64,000 nt of DNA from positions 1,024,001 through 1,088,000 of the forward strand of contig CAWCKY010000001.1 in the NCBI GenBank assembly GCA_963796275.1. The letters are read 5' to 3'. Made by a program: the position numbers and the translations under genes. Source of the DNA: an uncultured Acidobacteriota bacterium (GTDB taxonomy: Bacteria; Acidobacteriota; Blastocatellia; RBC074). Positions 49,580 through 60,566 of the stretch are shown one piece after another. Numbering within the stretch: position 1 is the first letter of the stretch; the number at the start of each line of letters is the position of its first letter. Under the pieces are notes generated by a model, which saw only the letters and a program-made list of their open reading frames with translations, was not told the DNA's origin and searched no databases.

Positions 49580-52212
49580 TCACTCGTGTCGAAGCGACAA
49601 TAGGGGGTCGACCTTTGTTGCCCTGCGCGCAGGAATCCAGCAAGCGAGCAAAGCCATGACGATCAATAACAACGCGATGACGGCAAACGTGAGTGGGTCG
49701 GTCGTACTCACCTCGAACAACAAAGACTTGATCAACCGTGTTAATCCGAAGGCGGTAATTAAACCTATCGCTACGCCGGTTAACGCCAAGGACACGCCCT
49801 GGCTGACGACGAGTTTGAGCACATCGCGTGTTTGCGCGCCCAATGCCATCCGAATGCCGATCTCGTGCGTACGCTCGGCGACCAGATACGACATCACCCC
49901 GTAAATCCCGATCGCTGCCAGCAATAGTGCAATGCCGGCGAAGATCGCCAGGAGTATGAGATTGAAATGAGGTTGCGAAACTGTTCTCGCCAACAGCTCA
50001 TCCATCGTACGAATGTTGGAGATCGGCTGATCTTTGTCTATCGCCTGAACCTGATTGCGGACGGCGCCGACGAAGTTCAGCGGCTCACCGTTCGTCCGCA
50101 CTACCAGCGTCAGATTCGGCCAGGGAAATTGCGCGACCGGGAAATAGATCTCCGGATGCAGTCCATCGTCGAGCCCCATGTGTCTGACGCTTTTAACAAC
50201 GCCGATGATCTCGCGCCATTCCGGTCCGAGGGTGACGACCATGCGCTTGCCGATCGGGTCTTGATTTGGCAAGATATTGGCGCGCCAGGATTTCGTTGAT
50301 GATCAACACCGGCGGCGCATCGATGCCATCACTCTCCCTGAAAACGCGGCCTTTTTGCAATTGAATATTCAGAGTTTTGAAATAGTCCGTGCTGACACAG
50401 CGGGGTCTGGCAATATTCCGTTGAACGGAAGTAGGAGGTGGTCCACCTTCGATGTCGAACCCGATCCCTTCCTCCGCTCCGCTCAAGGGCAGCGGAAAGG
50501 CCGCGCTGGCTGCCTGTACACCTGGTGTCATGCGCAAACGCTCGAGCAATTGTCTGTAGAAGCTTGCTTGTTGAGGCGGCGTATATCTGCTGCGCGGCAA
50601 CCTGATGTCCGCGGTCAGGATATTTTTGGTATCGAGACCGGGATCAACACTCGTCAACCGCATGAAGCTTCTTAGCATCAGTCCTGCTCCGATAAGCAGC
50701 ACCAACGCCAGCGCCACTTCAGAAACCACCAGCAAGTTGCGCAAATGATGGTGGCCGATTCCCGCCGGAACTGCGCCCGCCCTCCTTAAGCACATCGCTC
50801 AAACTCAATCTCGAAGCTTGTATCGCCGGAACCAAACCGAAAAGGACTCCCGTAAACAGCGAGATCAGGAGCGTGAAGCCGAAGACCTTGCCGTCAATGC
50901 CGATCTCATCGGCGCGCGGTAGATCTCCAGGAATCACCAGATGTAACAAGTCGATGCCCCAGAACGCCACCAATAGCGCCAGCGACCCGCTCACGACCGC
51001 CAGCAGTATACTTTCCGTAAGTAACTGTCTGACCACGCGTCCGCGGCCCGCGCCCAGTGCGGAGCGAACCGCCATCTCTTTCCGTCGCGCCGTGGCACGA
51101 ACCAGCATCAAATTGGTGACATTCACGCAGGCGATCAACAGCACAAATCCGACTGCACCCAGCAATACCAGGAGCGCGAGCTTCACTCTCCCGACTACAT
51201 GTTGATGTAAAGTCACAAGACGTATTTCCTGATTCGGCCTGTTATCAGAGGACTGCTGCTGAAGCATCCGAGCAAAGCCGTTCATCTCAGCCTGGGCTTG
51301 CTCAAGGCTGACCTGCGGTTTGAGGCGCGCGATGACACCGACGGAAACGGCCTTGCGATTATTCCACTGATCAGGGGCGAAGGCGGTAGGAAGATAGATA
51401 TCTACTACACTTGGGATATAAGCGTGCAAGTGGTATGTCAGATCGCCTTTGCGTGGGAATTGAAAACCCTGCGGCATGACTCCGACGACCGTATAAGGTT
51501 CATGGTTGAGCGTGATCGTCTGACCGACGATCTTCAGGTCGGAGCCGAAGCGACGCTCCCACAGGCCATAACTGATAATCACGACGCGATGGTTGCCGGA
51601 TTGCTCTTCTTCGGAAAGGAAGAGGCGACCGCGTAATGCCCCGACGCCGAGTAAGCTGAAAAGATTGGCCGAAGCGAACACACTACCGGGTAGTTCAGGA
51701 TCTCCGCGACCGGTGAGGTTGAGTGGCTGCGAACCAAAAGCGGCAACCTGTTCAAAGACCTGATTATGATTACGTAAGTCGATGAAGTTTGTCGATGAAA
51801 ATGAAAAGCCCATGACCAGGCGCTCCGGATCTTTGTAGGGAAGTGGCCGCAGCAATATGCCGTTGATGATGCTGAAGATGGCGGTGTTGGCCCCGATCCC
51901 CAGCGACAGCGTGATCAAGGTTACCAAAGTGACACCGGGATTCTTCAACAGCATCCGGGCGCCGTATCGTAAGTCCTGCCATATCTCTTCCAACCATCGG
52001 AATCGGCTGGCGTCGCGATAAATCTCTTTCGTCTGTTCGATGCCACCGAAACTGCGCTGCGCGGCCATCCGCGCTTCTTCCTCGCTCATCCCTTTGCGGA
52101 TGTTCTCTTGTGTCTCCATCTCGAGATGAAAACGCAGCTCAATCTCCATCTCGCGTTCGCTCTTCTCTTTCTGCAATTGCTTGAGTAAACGATGAAACAG
52201 CTTGTGGAGCAT
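49580..52212 (-). CDS. ADOP-type duplicated ABC permease with permease-prefix-1 N-terminus; two +1 frameshifts (near 50762 and 50273)
   Basis: ELRFHLE...EARMAA..FG prefix; [44 protein letters not shown] across three ORFs. Confidence 0.88.
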
Positions 52213-52230
52213 GAATTTCCTCGCAGGAAA

Positions 52231-52293
52231 TAGTTTTCAGTTTTCAGGCTGGGCGGTCTCGACAGACAACTAAAAACTAAAAACTAAAAACTA
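52231..52293. repeat. Inverted heptamer repeats (AAAACTA / TAGTTTT)
   Basis: tagttttcagttttcag ... aactaaaaactaaaaactaaaaacta between padR and the permease. Confidence 0.75.
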
Positions 52294-52295
52294 TT

Positions 52296-52628
52296 TCAGG
52301 ATGCAGCCAGAATCTGCTCGATTGCGGTCGAGACCCGCTTCCAGCTCTCTGTCTCCTGGTCGAGCTGCTTGCGGCCCGTTCGCGTCAGCTTGTAATACTT
52401 TGCCTGGCGGTTGTTCTCCGAGGTTCCCCATTCGGACGAAATCCATCCCTGCTGCTCCAGTCGAACGAGCGCCGGATAGAGCGATCCCTGGTTGACCTGT
52501 AATACGCCTTCCGAAATCTGCTGGATGCGCTGCGTGATCCCCCATCCGTGCATCGGCTCAAGCGCCAGCGTCTTGAGAATGAGCAGGTCTAGCGTGCCCT
52601 GCAAAAGTTCCGATCTTTGTTTGCTCAT
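52296..52628 (-). CDS. PadR-family regulator, acidobacterial ADOP-associated type
   Basis: LLQGTLDLLILKTL, MHGWGI, GSLYPAL, SENNRQAKYY. Confidence 0.95.
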   Translation of the reverse strand: MSKQRSELLQGTLDLLILKTLALEPMHGWGITQRIQQISEGVLQVNQGSLYPALVRLEQQGWISSEWGTSENNRQAKYYKLTRTGRKQLDQETESWKRVSTAIEQILAAS

Positions 52629-52638
52629 AGTTGCTCCT

Positions 52639-52686
52639 CTTGATTATCTACAAGACAAGCTATCATCGTTCTTGTAGATAATCAAG
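52639..52686 (-). promoter_or_regulatory. sigma70-like promoter overlapped by a 17-bp perfect inverted repeat (probable PadR operator)
   Basis: TTGATT-17-TAGCTT; arms CTTGATTATCTACAAGA 52639-52655 / 52670-52686. Confidence 0.8.
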
Positions 52687-52802
52687 TGGAATCGCTTTAA
52701 CGTCCGGGATGCAGGAAGGGCGAGCCTGCGGCCACACGCCTTGAGAAGCTGGATGAAGATTGATAATGAAGATGTAAAAAAATATGCGATGAGGTACGTT
52801 AA

Positions 52803-53224
52803 TCGGATTCACGCACAGGACGGAGAAATAATTGCCGGAGACTAGATGGGCGTTGATCTGTTCCAATTCGCCTTCGGGACTGTTTCCATTGACGACGCCG
52901 TAGACGCGGTTCGGATAGCTGTTCAGGGCAGCGGCATCGGAAAAGGATTGATTAGGCCGGCGGAATTCTTGATAGCGGATAGGAGAAGAATCGCCAGTCG
53001 CCGTGTGGAAGACCGCTCTCAATGCCCGCCGGCGCATCGTTATTGCCGAAGAAGACGAGGCGCTCGGGTTGTCGTACCGGAATCTCCCGCACAAGCAATG
53101 CGTCGAGCAGGCTGAAGATTGCGGTGTTGGCCCCGATGCCCAGCGCGAGCGAGAGGACCGCTACTATCGTGAGGACTTTATTCTTGATCAGCATCCGCAA
53201 ACCGAAACGCAAATCTTGAAACAT
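52803..53224 (-). pseudogene. Truncated, frameshifted ADOP permease 5' fragment
   Basis: MFQDLRFGLRML...[11 protein letters not shown]...FSYP, then frameshift, YQEFR...VSGNYFSVL; ends abruptly. Confidence 0.85.
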
Positions 53225-53243
53225 ATATTTCTCCTGTCCAGGC

Positions 53244-53339
53244 GCCCCAAAGGGGCACAAATATAATAGCCAGGGGTAAGCGAAGCGCAGCCCCTGGTAC
53301 CGTAGCCATTTGTGAGACAAGCCCTGAAAGGGTGAAATA
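53244..53339. repeat. REP-like element (GCCCTGAAAGGG family) beside the second tnpA
   Basis: GCCCCAAAGGGGC, CCAGGGG..CCCCTGG, GCCCTGAAAGGGTGAAATA; the inverted partner starts at 53809-53820 and is cut off. Confidence 0.8.
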
Positions 53340-53343
53340 TTCT

Positions 53344-53796
53344 TCAATCCCACACAAATCGCTCATCTATCTCGAACTGGTATCTTCGGCATAGCTCACG
53401 GTAATCATCCTGAAACGATAATCGATGATGACGCTCCTTTTGATGTGCTATGTAATGCTTGAGGTCTTCAACACCTGATTGTCCAACGGAAAATACCCCG
53501 TATCCCGATTGCCACTGGAAGTTATCCAATTCATCGCTTTTCTCTTTGATCTACTTCGATGATGAGCTTTTGAGCTCTTCCACGAGTTTGGCTACCGAGC
53601 AGACACGCGACAAGGAAAAAAGTGCGTGGATATGGTCTTGGTCTCCGCCGATCAGCAACGAAGGAGATTGATGGTTACGAAAAACTCCACCCAGATACTT
53701 GTACAACTCGAGTTCAATGGATTCGGTGATCAATTTTCGTCTGTTCTTCGTGCTAAAGACGAGATGTAGCAAGATCGAAGAGAGTGATTGCGGCAT
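53344..53796 (-). pseudogene. tnpA: Second IS200-like/RAYT Y1 transposase with an in-frame TAG at a Trp position (53551-53553)
   Basis: HLVFSTK, DHIH, SSSK*IKE (paralogue has SSSKW), WQSGYG, YIAHQ all in one frame. Confidence 0.9.
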
Positions 53797-53883
53797 AAAA
53801 AGCCCCTTTATTTCGCCCTTACCATCTTGCCATATGGCACACCGGTTATACTGACCGTAAAGCCATCGGCAAGGAGGTAAGTG

Positions 53884-54285
53884 ATGGGCGTACGCAATCC
53901 ACGCTATGAAGAACTTTTGCGCCTAGAATCTAAGACTCTTGACGCGCAATTTTTGACGACCGTTGAACAAGGTCTCAATTGTTCTCCCTTTGAGTCACAG
54001 GCCGTGCTCGAAGTCGTCAAAGAAGTCTATTTCCCATTCCTCGCTCAGGCACAGACTTCTGTACCTTTACCAGGGAGGATTACATTGGTTGCCGTGTGTG
54101 CTGACGAACCAGCCGGTAAACCAATTGCCAAATGTTCAAAGCGGACCATTTGCCTGACACTGCATCGAGGTGGAGAAGATGACCGCCTCTTGCAGAAAGA
54201 AGGCCCGGACCGCTTTCGTCAAGCGCGCATTCCCGATCTTTGTCAAGAAGCCTTAAGTCAGGGCGCCTTACTGACACGCGAAGAT
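53884..54285 (+). pseudogene. Truncated DUF1670-like gene (mobile-element-associated)
   Basis: AAGGAGG RBS; PGRI..AV..EPAGKP...LTL...EALSQGALLTRED, cut before the expected HTH. Confidence 0.7.
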
Positions 54286-54333
54286 CGGCACGATGATGCC
54301 GATGAATTTGATCAACCAGAGATGCGGTCTCAC
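54286..54333 (-). pseudogene. First 16 codons of a deleted ADOP permease
   Basis: GTG start with GAGGAG RBS; MRPHLWLIKFIGIIVP versus [16 protein letters not shown] of the 57481 gene. Confidence 0.85.
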
Positions 54334-54348
54334 TGTTACTCCTCTGAA

Positions 54349-54765
54349 GCGCTTGGGTACGCACGCTTCCAGATTTTGCTGGCGAATTCGTTTCAGCCCA
54401 GCGCCCGGCAGCGCGAGTCTGCTCATCACCAATATCCGGGAGCGCCAGAGGCGCGTTATGTTTATAGAAATTTTCGTAATAGTGCCCCAACTCCGGAGGA
54501 GCGGCATATAAACGGCATCATATGTCGCTCCTTCTTCGGAGCTGGAGATAATTGCTTGCCATGTTCTATAAACATAACGCCCTCCGGAGCGAAGAGCCGA
54601 TAATTTCATTTTCTGAATTCGCCAGCAGAATCGTCCAGCATGCTGAGTCTCCTCTAGGGGCCCTTCGATCGAAGTTCGGCACGCTGGAAGCTTGCGTACC
54701 AAGGCGCTTCTGCCGGAATTTCTCGGCTACCGAGCCCTTCCGCCTGAAGGCGGTACTCCGAACTT
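54349..54765. repeat. Composite intergenic repeat: REPIN-like GGGTACGCACGCTTCCAG element with a nested IR-bounded insert (54373-54633), followed by CCGCCTGAAGGCGG
   Basis: Homologous to 57498-57645 apart from the insert of about 260 bp. Confidence 0.8.
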
Positions 54766-54780
54766 CCTTCAAAACTTTCT

Positions 54781-57481
54781 TCATTCGTGTCGAAGTGCGA
54801 CCAGCGGATCGACCTTCATCGCCCGCCGTGCCGGTATCCAGCAGGCCGTTAAGGCCGCCAGCGCCAGAAACGCAGAAATGCCGATGAAGGTCAACGGATC
54901 AGCCGGCTTCACTCCAAACAGCAGGCTCTCCATCAGTCGCGTCAGCGCAAATGCCCCGGCCAGTCCTAATGCGACGCCGGTTGCCGCCAGCATCATTCCT
55001 TTCTTGAGCACGAGCCGCACCACATCTGAGCCCTGCGCGCCGAGGGCCAGGCGGATGCCGATTTCGCGGGTGCGCTGCGAGACGAGATAAGACATCACGC
55101 CGTAAATCCCGATGGCCGCGAGCGCGAGCGCCGTCAGGGCGAACAGGCCAGTGATCAGCAGCGTGAAGCGCTGGCCAGCGAGAGCCGATGATGCGATCGT
55201 TTCGAGCGTCTTCACCTCGGTGACCGCTACATCCTGGTTGAGCGAGCGGACTTCGCGGCGAACTGCTCCCATCAGAGCTCAGCGGATCGCTGCTGTTGTG
55301 AATGGCCAGAAACAGCTCCGGGGATGGTTGTTGTGTGATCGGCCAATAGAACGAGGGCTCGGCCCGTGGTGAATTGGGAAAGTCCTTTATATCGCCGACG
55401 ACTCCGACGACTCGCATCCAGTCTTCGTCTGTTGGCGGTTTGTCTCCGCTGGAGGCGATGCGCTTCCCGACCGCGTCTTCGCCGGGCCAGTATTTACGGG
55501 CCATGCTCTGATTGATCAGGATGGTAGGTTCCGTTCCCTTCGTGTCCCGCGCATCGAACCATCGTCCGGCGAGGAGCGGCACGCCGATCGTGCGCATATA
55601 ATCGGCGCCGATGAAATGATAGTCGGCTTGCGGCATCTGATTCGGCGGGAAGGTTTTGCCTTCCACCGGAAAGACAGCCTTATTTTCATAGCCGGTCCAC
55701 GGCAGGTCTGAAGTCACACCCGCTGAGAGCACGCCGGGCAGAGCAGAAACGCGCTCGACCAGTCGTTGGTAAAAGGCGGTCTGTTCCTCGGTCTCCATCA
55801 ATATCGCGGTGGGGAGAAAGACGCCCATCGTCAATACGCCTTCCGGTCTGAAGCCCGGATCGACCTGTAACAGCTTCACGAAGCTCCGCATCAGCAGGCC
55901 TGCGCCCACCAGCAGCATGAGAGCCAGCGCCACTTCGGCTATCACCATCCCGTCGCGCAACCTGCGCTGCCGTTTGCCGCCGGATGCCCCGCGCGCACCC
56001 TCCTTGAGTAGCTCGTTGATATCCGGTTTCAAGCTTTGTAGCGCTGGAGCCAGGCCGAACAGCAATCCGGTCAACAGACTGAGGCCGAGCGTGAAGACGA
56101 GCATGCGGCCGTCAATGTAGATCATATCCAGACGCGGTAGCTCCGCAGGACCGAGCCTGATGAGCACATTGACCGCCAACTTTGCCAGCAGAAACCCTGC
56201 CAGGCCGCCCAGCGTGGCAAGCAGCAGGCTTTCGGTTAACAACTGCCGGATGATGCGCGCGCGGCCGGCTCCCAGCGCGGCGCGCACCGCGATCTCACGC
56301 TCTCGTGAGGAGGCGCGCGCCAGCATCAGATTGGCGGTGTTCACGCACGCAATCAACAGGACGCAGAAGACTGCGGCCATCAGCACCATCAGCGTCGTGC
56401 GCGGACGTTCGGTGATCTCTTCGTGGAGCGATCGAGCCTCGATCCGCCGATCAGAACCGAGGAACTCTTTCTTTACTAACTCCCCGGCTATCGCGTTGAA
56501 TTCCGCTTCGGCATGTTCTCGGCTGATGCCGGGTTTAAGCCTGCCGATAGAGTTCATGATCAGCGCATCTGCACCCCAAGCCCTTTTGCGTGTTAGCCAC
56601 AGCGGCCACCAGATGTCGACACTATGGCCGTGTGGTAGTGGGCGATATCCACCGCCGACGTGCTGCAATCCGGCAGGCGCGACGCCGACGATCGTGAACG
56701 TCCTACCTGCCAGCCTTATCTTCTTTCCGATGATATTTGGATCGCTCCTGAAACGGCGCTGCCACAAACCGTGACTGAGCACGACGACCGATTTCTCATA
56801 TGATAGCTCTTCATCGACGGTGAATTCGCGGCCCAACATCGGCGGGATGCCGAGCGTCCGGAAGAAACCCGATGATATGCGCATCCCGAAGAGCCGTTCT
56901 GCCCCTGCTGCCCCCGCTGCCCTGTGTGCTCCGTTTGCCTTGTTTGCCCCGTCCTCCTGTGAAAGTTGCAAATCCTGTCGCAAGTAACACGCGAGAGATT
57001 CAAATACGGTGTTGTGTTCGCGGAAATCTATGAAGTTGACGGGAGACATCGGGGCCATGGGGAAGTGACTGGTGCTTGTATAGACGCGCACCAATCGTTC
57101 GGGCTCGGGGTAGGGCAGCGGTTTGAGCAAGACTCCATTGACGACGCTGAAAATGGCGGTGTTTGCGCCGATGCCGAGCGCCAGCGTGAGGGCGGCGACG
57201 AGAGTGAAGCCTGGATTCTTCAACAGCATTCGCGCGCCGTAACGCAAGTCCTGAAACATCTCTTCCTCCATTCTTTTCGGTTGCAGCCAGAGCGCATCCG
57301 CAAACGCGCCCAAGCTGTGCCATAGCAAAGAGAGTTTGTTTTGCCAGTCGAGCTTGTCCCATGCGACCAGCAGCGTTTCGCGGTAACGCAATTCAGCTTC
57401 CCATTCCTGCCGCCAGCCGGCGCGCAGCCGGCGAGGCACGATGACGCCGATGAATCTGACGAGCCAGAGATGATGTCTCAC
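54781..57481 (-). CDS. ADOP permease with WxQEWEAE-type prefix; +1 frameshift near 55276
   Basis: ORFs 54899-57481 and 54781-55272 join at [11 protein letters not shown]; full set of ADOP motifs. Confidence 0.9.
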
Positions 57482-57497
57482 TATTACACCTCGGTAA

Positions 57498-57645
57498 CGC
57501 CTGGGTACGCACGCTTCCAGCGTGCCGAGCTTCGATCGATGGGCCTCTAGAGATGACCTAGCACGCTGGAAGCTGCGTACCCAGGCGCTTCAGGCGGAAT
57601 GTCTCGGCACCGAACCCTTCCTTCTGAAGGCGGTACTATGAACTT
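57498..57645. repeat. REPIN-like palindrome plus CTGAAGGCGGTACT element
   Basis: CCTGGGTACGCACGCTTCCAGCGTGC ... GCACGCTGGAAGCTGCGTACCCAGG. Confidence 0.85.
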
Positions 57646-57647
57646 TT

Positions 57648-60368
57648 TCATTCGTGCCGTAACGCAGCCAATGGATCAATCTTAGTAGCGCGCCGCGCCG
57701 GAACGTAACAGGCAAGCAATGCCACCGCAGACAGCGCCAGCGGCACTACCACAAAAGTGATCGGATCGTGCGCACTCACTTCGTAGAACAGATTTCTCAC
57801 CACCCGCATAACCGCCAGAGCCGCTACCAGTCCGAATGCCAAGCCTGCGAGTGTCAGCCGCATGCCATGTCTGATGATCATCTTGAGCACGTCAGGCGCC
57901 CGCGCTCCCAGGGACATTCGTATACCGATTTCGCGTGTCCGCTGTGCCACGGCATAACTCATGACGCCATACAATCCGATGGCGGCGAGCAGCAGGCCCA
58001 AGCCTCCGAGCGAAGTCAGCAGTCCTGCCAACATCTTGGGGCCGAAATACTGAGGGTCGACGTGCTCGCGCAAGGTAATGATTTTTATTGGCAGGTTCGG
58101 GTCCAGCGCCGCGACTTCGCGCCGGAGGGCGGAGACTGTGGATGTCTCTTTTGCGTCAGTTCGCACCAGTGCCTGAAATGCCGGAGAAAAATTTTGAGAG
58201 ATCGGCGTCCATATCCCCTCGCGTTTCTCGCCTATCAGCCAGGCGGTTTTACTGTCGGCCGCCACGCCGACGATTGCCGTCAACTGAGCATTCTGGTCGG
58301 AGCCGATGCGAATATGCTGTCCGATGACCTCGCCGATGTCTTTGAGGTTGGGCCAGTGACGGCGCGCCATCGTCTCGTTGATTATCACAACGCGCTCCGA
58401 CGAAGCAGTATCCTGGCCCGTGAAATCGCGGCCGCGCAGTAATGGAATGCCCATCGTCCCGAAATACTGCAGGCCGATGTTTTGCTGCACGGCGTTCATT
58501 GGCCGTCCATCTGCTGGCGGAGGCTGGCCCTCGATGCTGATGTTCGTGAACCCCCATCCCCAATCTACCGGGATGTGATTAGCGATCGTGATTGAACGGA
58601 CGCCAGGCGTCGTGGCGAGCCGTTCGACAAGCTGAGTGTAAAACAGCTGCCCGCGCTCTTTATCGTACTTCAGCATGCCGAGATCGAGCGTCATCACCAG
58701 ACCATTGTCGGTGTCGAAGCCGAGATCCATCGACTGAGTATTGCGCAAGCTGCGAGTGGACAAGCCGGCGCCGATCAGTAGCGTGAGCGACGTGGCGATC
58801 TGTGCGACGACCAGCGAATTGCGCAACGAGAACCATTTCCGCCTGCCGCTCATCCCCGGCTCGTCCTTCAGCGCCGAAACCACGTCAGGTTTGGTCGCCG
58901 CCCATGCCGGAGCCAGGCCGAATATCACGCTGGTCAATATCGACAGCATCAGCGTCAAGCCGAACACACGCCCGTCCAGCCGCAATTCCACTTCGAGCGC
59001 CACAGATGCTCCTGGAAGCGGCATTTGAATCGACATCAATAGTTGATTGAGCCAGAAGGCGAGCAGCAACCCGCCGGCAGCGGCAAGGAGCGAAAGCAAC
59101 AGGCTCTCCGTCAACAACTGGCGAATGAGGCGCAGGCGGCCCGCGCCTACAGCCAGTCGGAGCGCAATCTCTTTTTGCCGGGCGGCGCCGCGCGCCAGAA
59201 GCAAATTCGCCACATTTGCGCACCCGATCAATAAGACCATCCCAGCAAGGACCATAGCCAGTATTATCCCCACCGCCATCCTTTTCCGGAGGCCCGAGAA
59301 TAACGTTCCTTGCGCGGGTGCGAGAGACAGCGGGAGTGCACGCCAGGAGTCTTCTTTTTCATCGGATGACGGAGGGTAATCCTGCAGCAATTGGTGATTG
59401 ATCGTGTTCAACTCGGCTTCGCCTTGCGCGCGCGAAAAGTTCTCTTTGAGGCGCCCGATTACAAAGAACCCCACATTGCGGGAGGTTAATGTTGGCGGCT
59501 GGTTTGGCTTCGCCGCCGCTTGCATCATCATTGGAATCCAGAGATCGGCGCGTAGCGGGTTCGAAATCCCCACGAAGCCCGGCGCCGCAACGCCGATCAC
59601 GGTGAAGCTTTGATTGTTCAACGTTACTGTTCTTCCGATCAATTGCGGGTCGCTGCCGAACTCGCTGACCCAGAAATCGTGGCTCACAACAACGACCGGA
59701 TGCGCGCCTGGCGTTCGGTCTTCATCGGGGAGGAACGCGCGACCATGCGACATAGGCACGCCCAATACTTCGAAGAAATTCCCCGTGACCAGTTCTCCCG
59801 ACATCAGCCGGCTTCGCTCCCCATTGCCGAACGCAAGAAAGGCCGGCTCAAATGCCGCTAATCCGGACAATGACTGGCTGCGATCGCGGTAAACGATATA
59901 GTCCGGATAGGAACTCGGCCAGATCATTCCGTCGCCGCGCACCAGCGTGAAGAGCCTGTCGTTATCAACCCCCGGCAGTGCGCGCCACAGAAACGCATCG
60001 GCCAAACTGAAGAGGGCCGTATACACGCCAATGCCCAATGCCAACGACAACACCGCTATCGCCGTGGATCCTTTGTGCTTCAGCAGCATTCGGGCGCCAT
60101 AACGCAAATCTTGAAACATTTCGTCCTCCAGTCTTTTCGGTTGTAAACAGAGCGCATCCGCAAACGCGCCCATGCTGTACCTCAGCAACGAGAGTTTGGT
60201 TTGCCAGCCGAGCCTGTCCCATTCGGCCAGCAGCATTTCGCGGTAACACAATTCCGCTTCCCACTCCTGCCGCCAACTGGAGCGCAGCTTTCGCGGTATG
60301 ATCACGCCGATCAAAGCGATTAGTCGGATGTGGATTCGCACGCTTCGTTTTAAAGTCTGGTCAGCCAT
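57648..60368 (-). CDS. ADOP permease, intact, 906 aa
   Basis: WRQEWEAE prefix, two MacB_PCD/FtsX halves, [17 protein letters not shown]. Confidence 0.95.
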   Translation of the reverse strand: MADQTLKRSVRIHIRLIALIGVIIPRKLRSSWRQEWEAELCYREMLLAEWDRLGWQTKLSLLRYSMGAFADALCLQPKRLEDEMFQDLRYGARMLLKHKGSTAIAVLSLALGIGVYTALFSLADAFLWRALPGVDNDRLFTLVRGDGMIWPSSYPDYIVYRDRSQSLSGLAAFEPAFLAFGNGERSRLMSGELVTGNFFEVLGVPMSHGRAFLPDEDRTPGAHPVVVVSHDFWVSEFGSDPQLIGRTVTLNNQSFTVIGVAAPGFVGISNPLRADLWIPMMMQAAAKPNQPPTLTSRNVGFFVIGRLKENFSRAQGEAELNTINHQLLQDYPPSSDEKEDSWRALPLSLAPAQGTLFSGLRKRMAVGIILAMVLAGMVLLIGCANVANLLLARGAARQKEIALRLAVGAGRLRLIRQLLTESLLLSLLAAAGGLLLAFWLNQLLMSIQMPLPGASVALEVELRLDGRVFGLTLMLSILTSVIFGLAPAWAATKPDVVSALKDEPGMSGRRKWFSLRNSLVVAQIATSLTLLIGAGLSTRSLRNTQSMDLGFDTDNGLVMTLDLGMLKYDKERGQLFYTQLVERLATTPGVRSITIANHIPVDWGWGFTNISIEGQPPPADGRPMNAVQQNIGLQYFGTMGIPLLRGRDFTGQDTASSERVVIINETMARRHWPNLKDIGEVIGQHIRIGSDQNAQLTAIVGVAADSKTAWLIGEKREGIWTPISQNFSPAFQALVRTDAKETSTVSALRREVAALDPNLPIKIITLREHVDPQYFGPKMLAGLLTSLGGLGLLLAAIGLYGVMSYAVAQRTREIGIRMSLGARAPDVLKMIIRHGMRLTLAGLAFGLVAALAVMRVVRNLFYEVSAHDPITFVVVPLALSAVALLACYVPARRATKIDPLAALRHE

Positions 60369-60401
60369 TGGTCTTAGTTCGGCTTTAGTCGCGTAGGGCC
60401 T

Positions 60402-60431
60402 CTACTCACGGCGCAATGCCACCAGCGGATC
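60402..60431 (-). pseudogene. Relict 3' end of a deleted ADOP permease
   Basis: Reads DPLVALRRE*, the family C-terminal signature; next to a remnant of the 57590-type repeat (about 60438-60475). Confidence 0.75.
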
Positions 60432-60566
60432 CGTCAGCCGGAATGTCTCGGTTACCGGGCTCTTCCACCTGATGGTGCAGCGAAGATCGTGATGGTTATT
60501 CTCGGCACAATAACCTCCGTTCAGCTTTCCATAGCAAACGCGGTAGGCGCGATTGCCCCGTTGCCC

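Noticed and set aside
53551-53553. Stop-codon recoding (TAG read-through or pyrrolysine)
   Set aside because: A single TGG-to-TAG change in a decayed locus explains it; TAG is a normal stop for other genes here (for example 60567, 35427)
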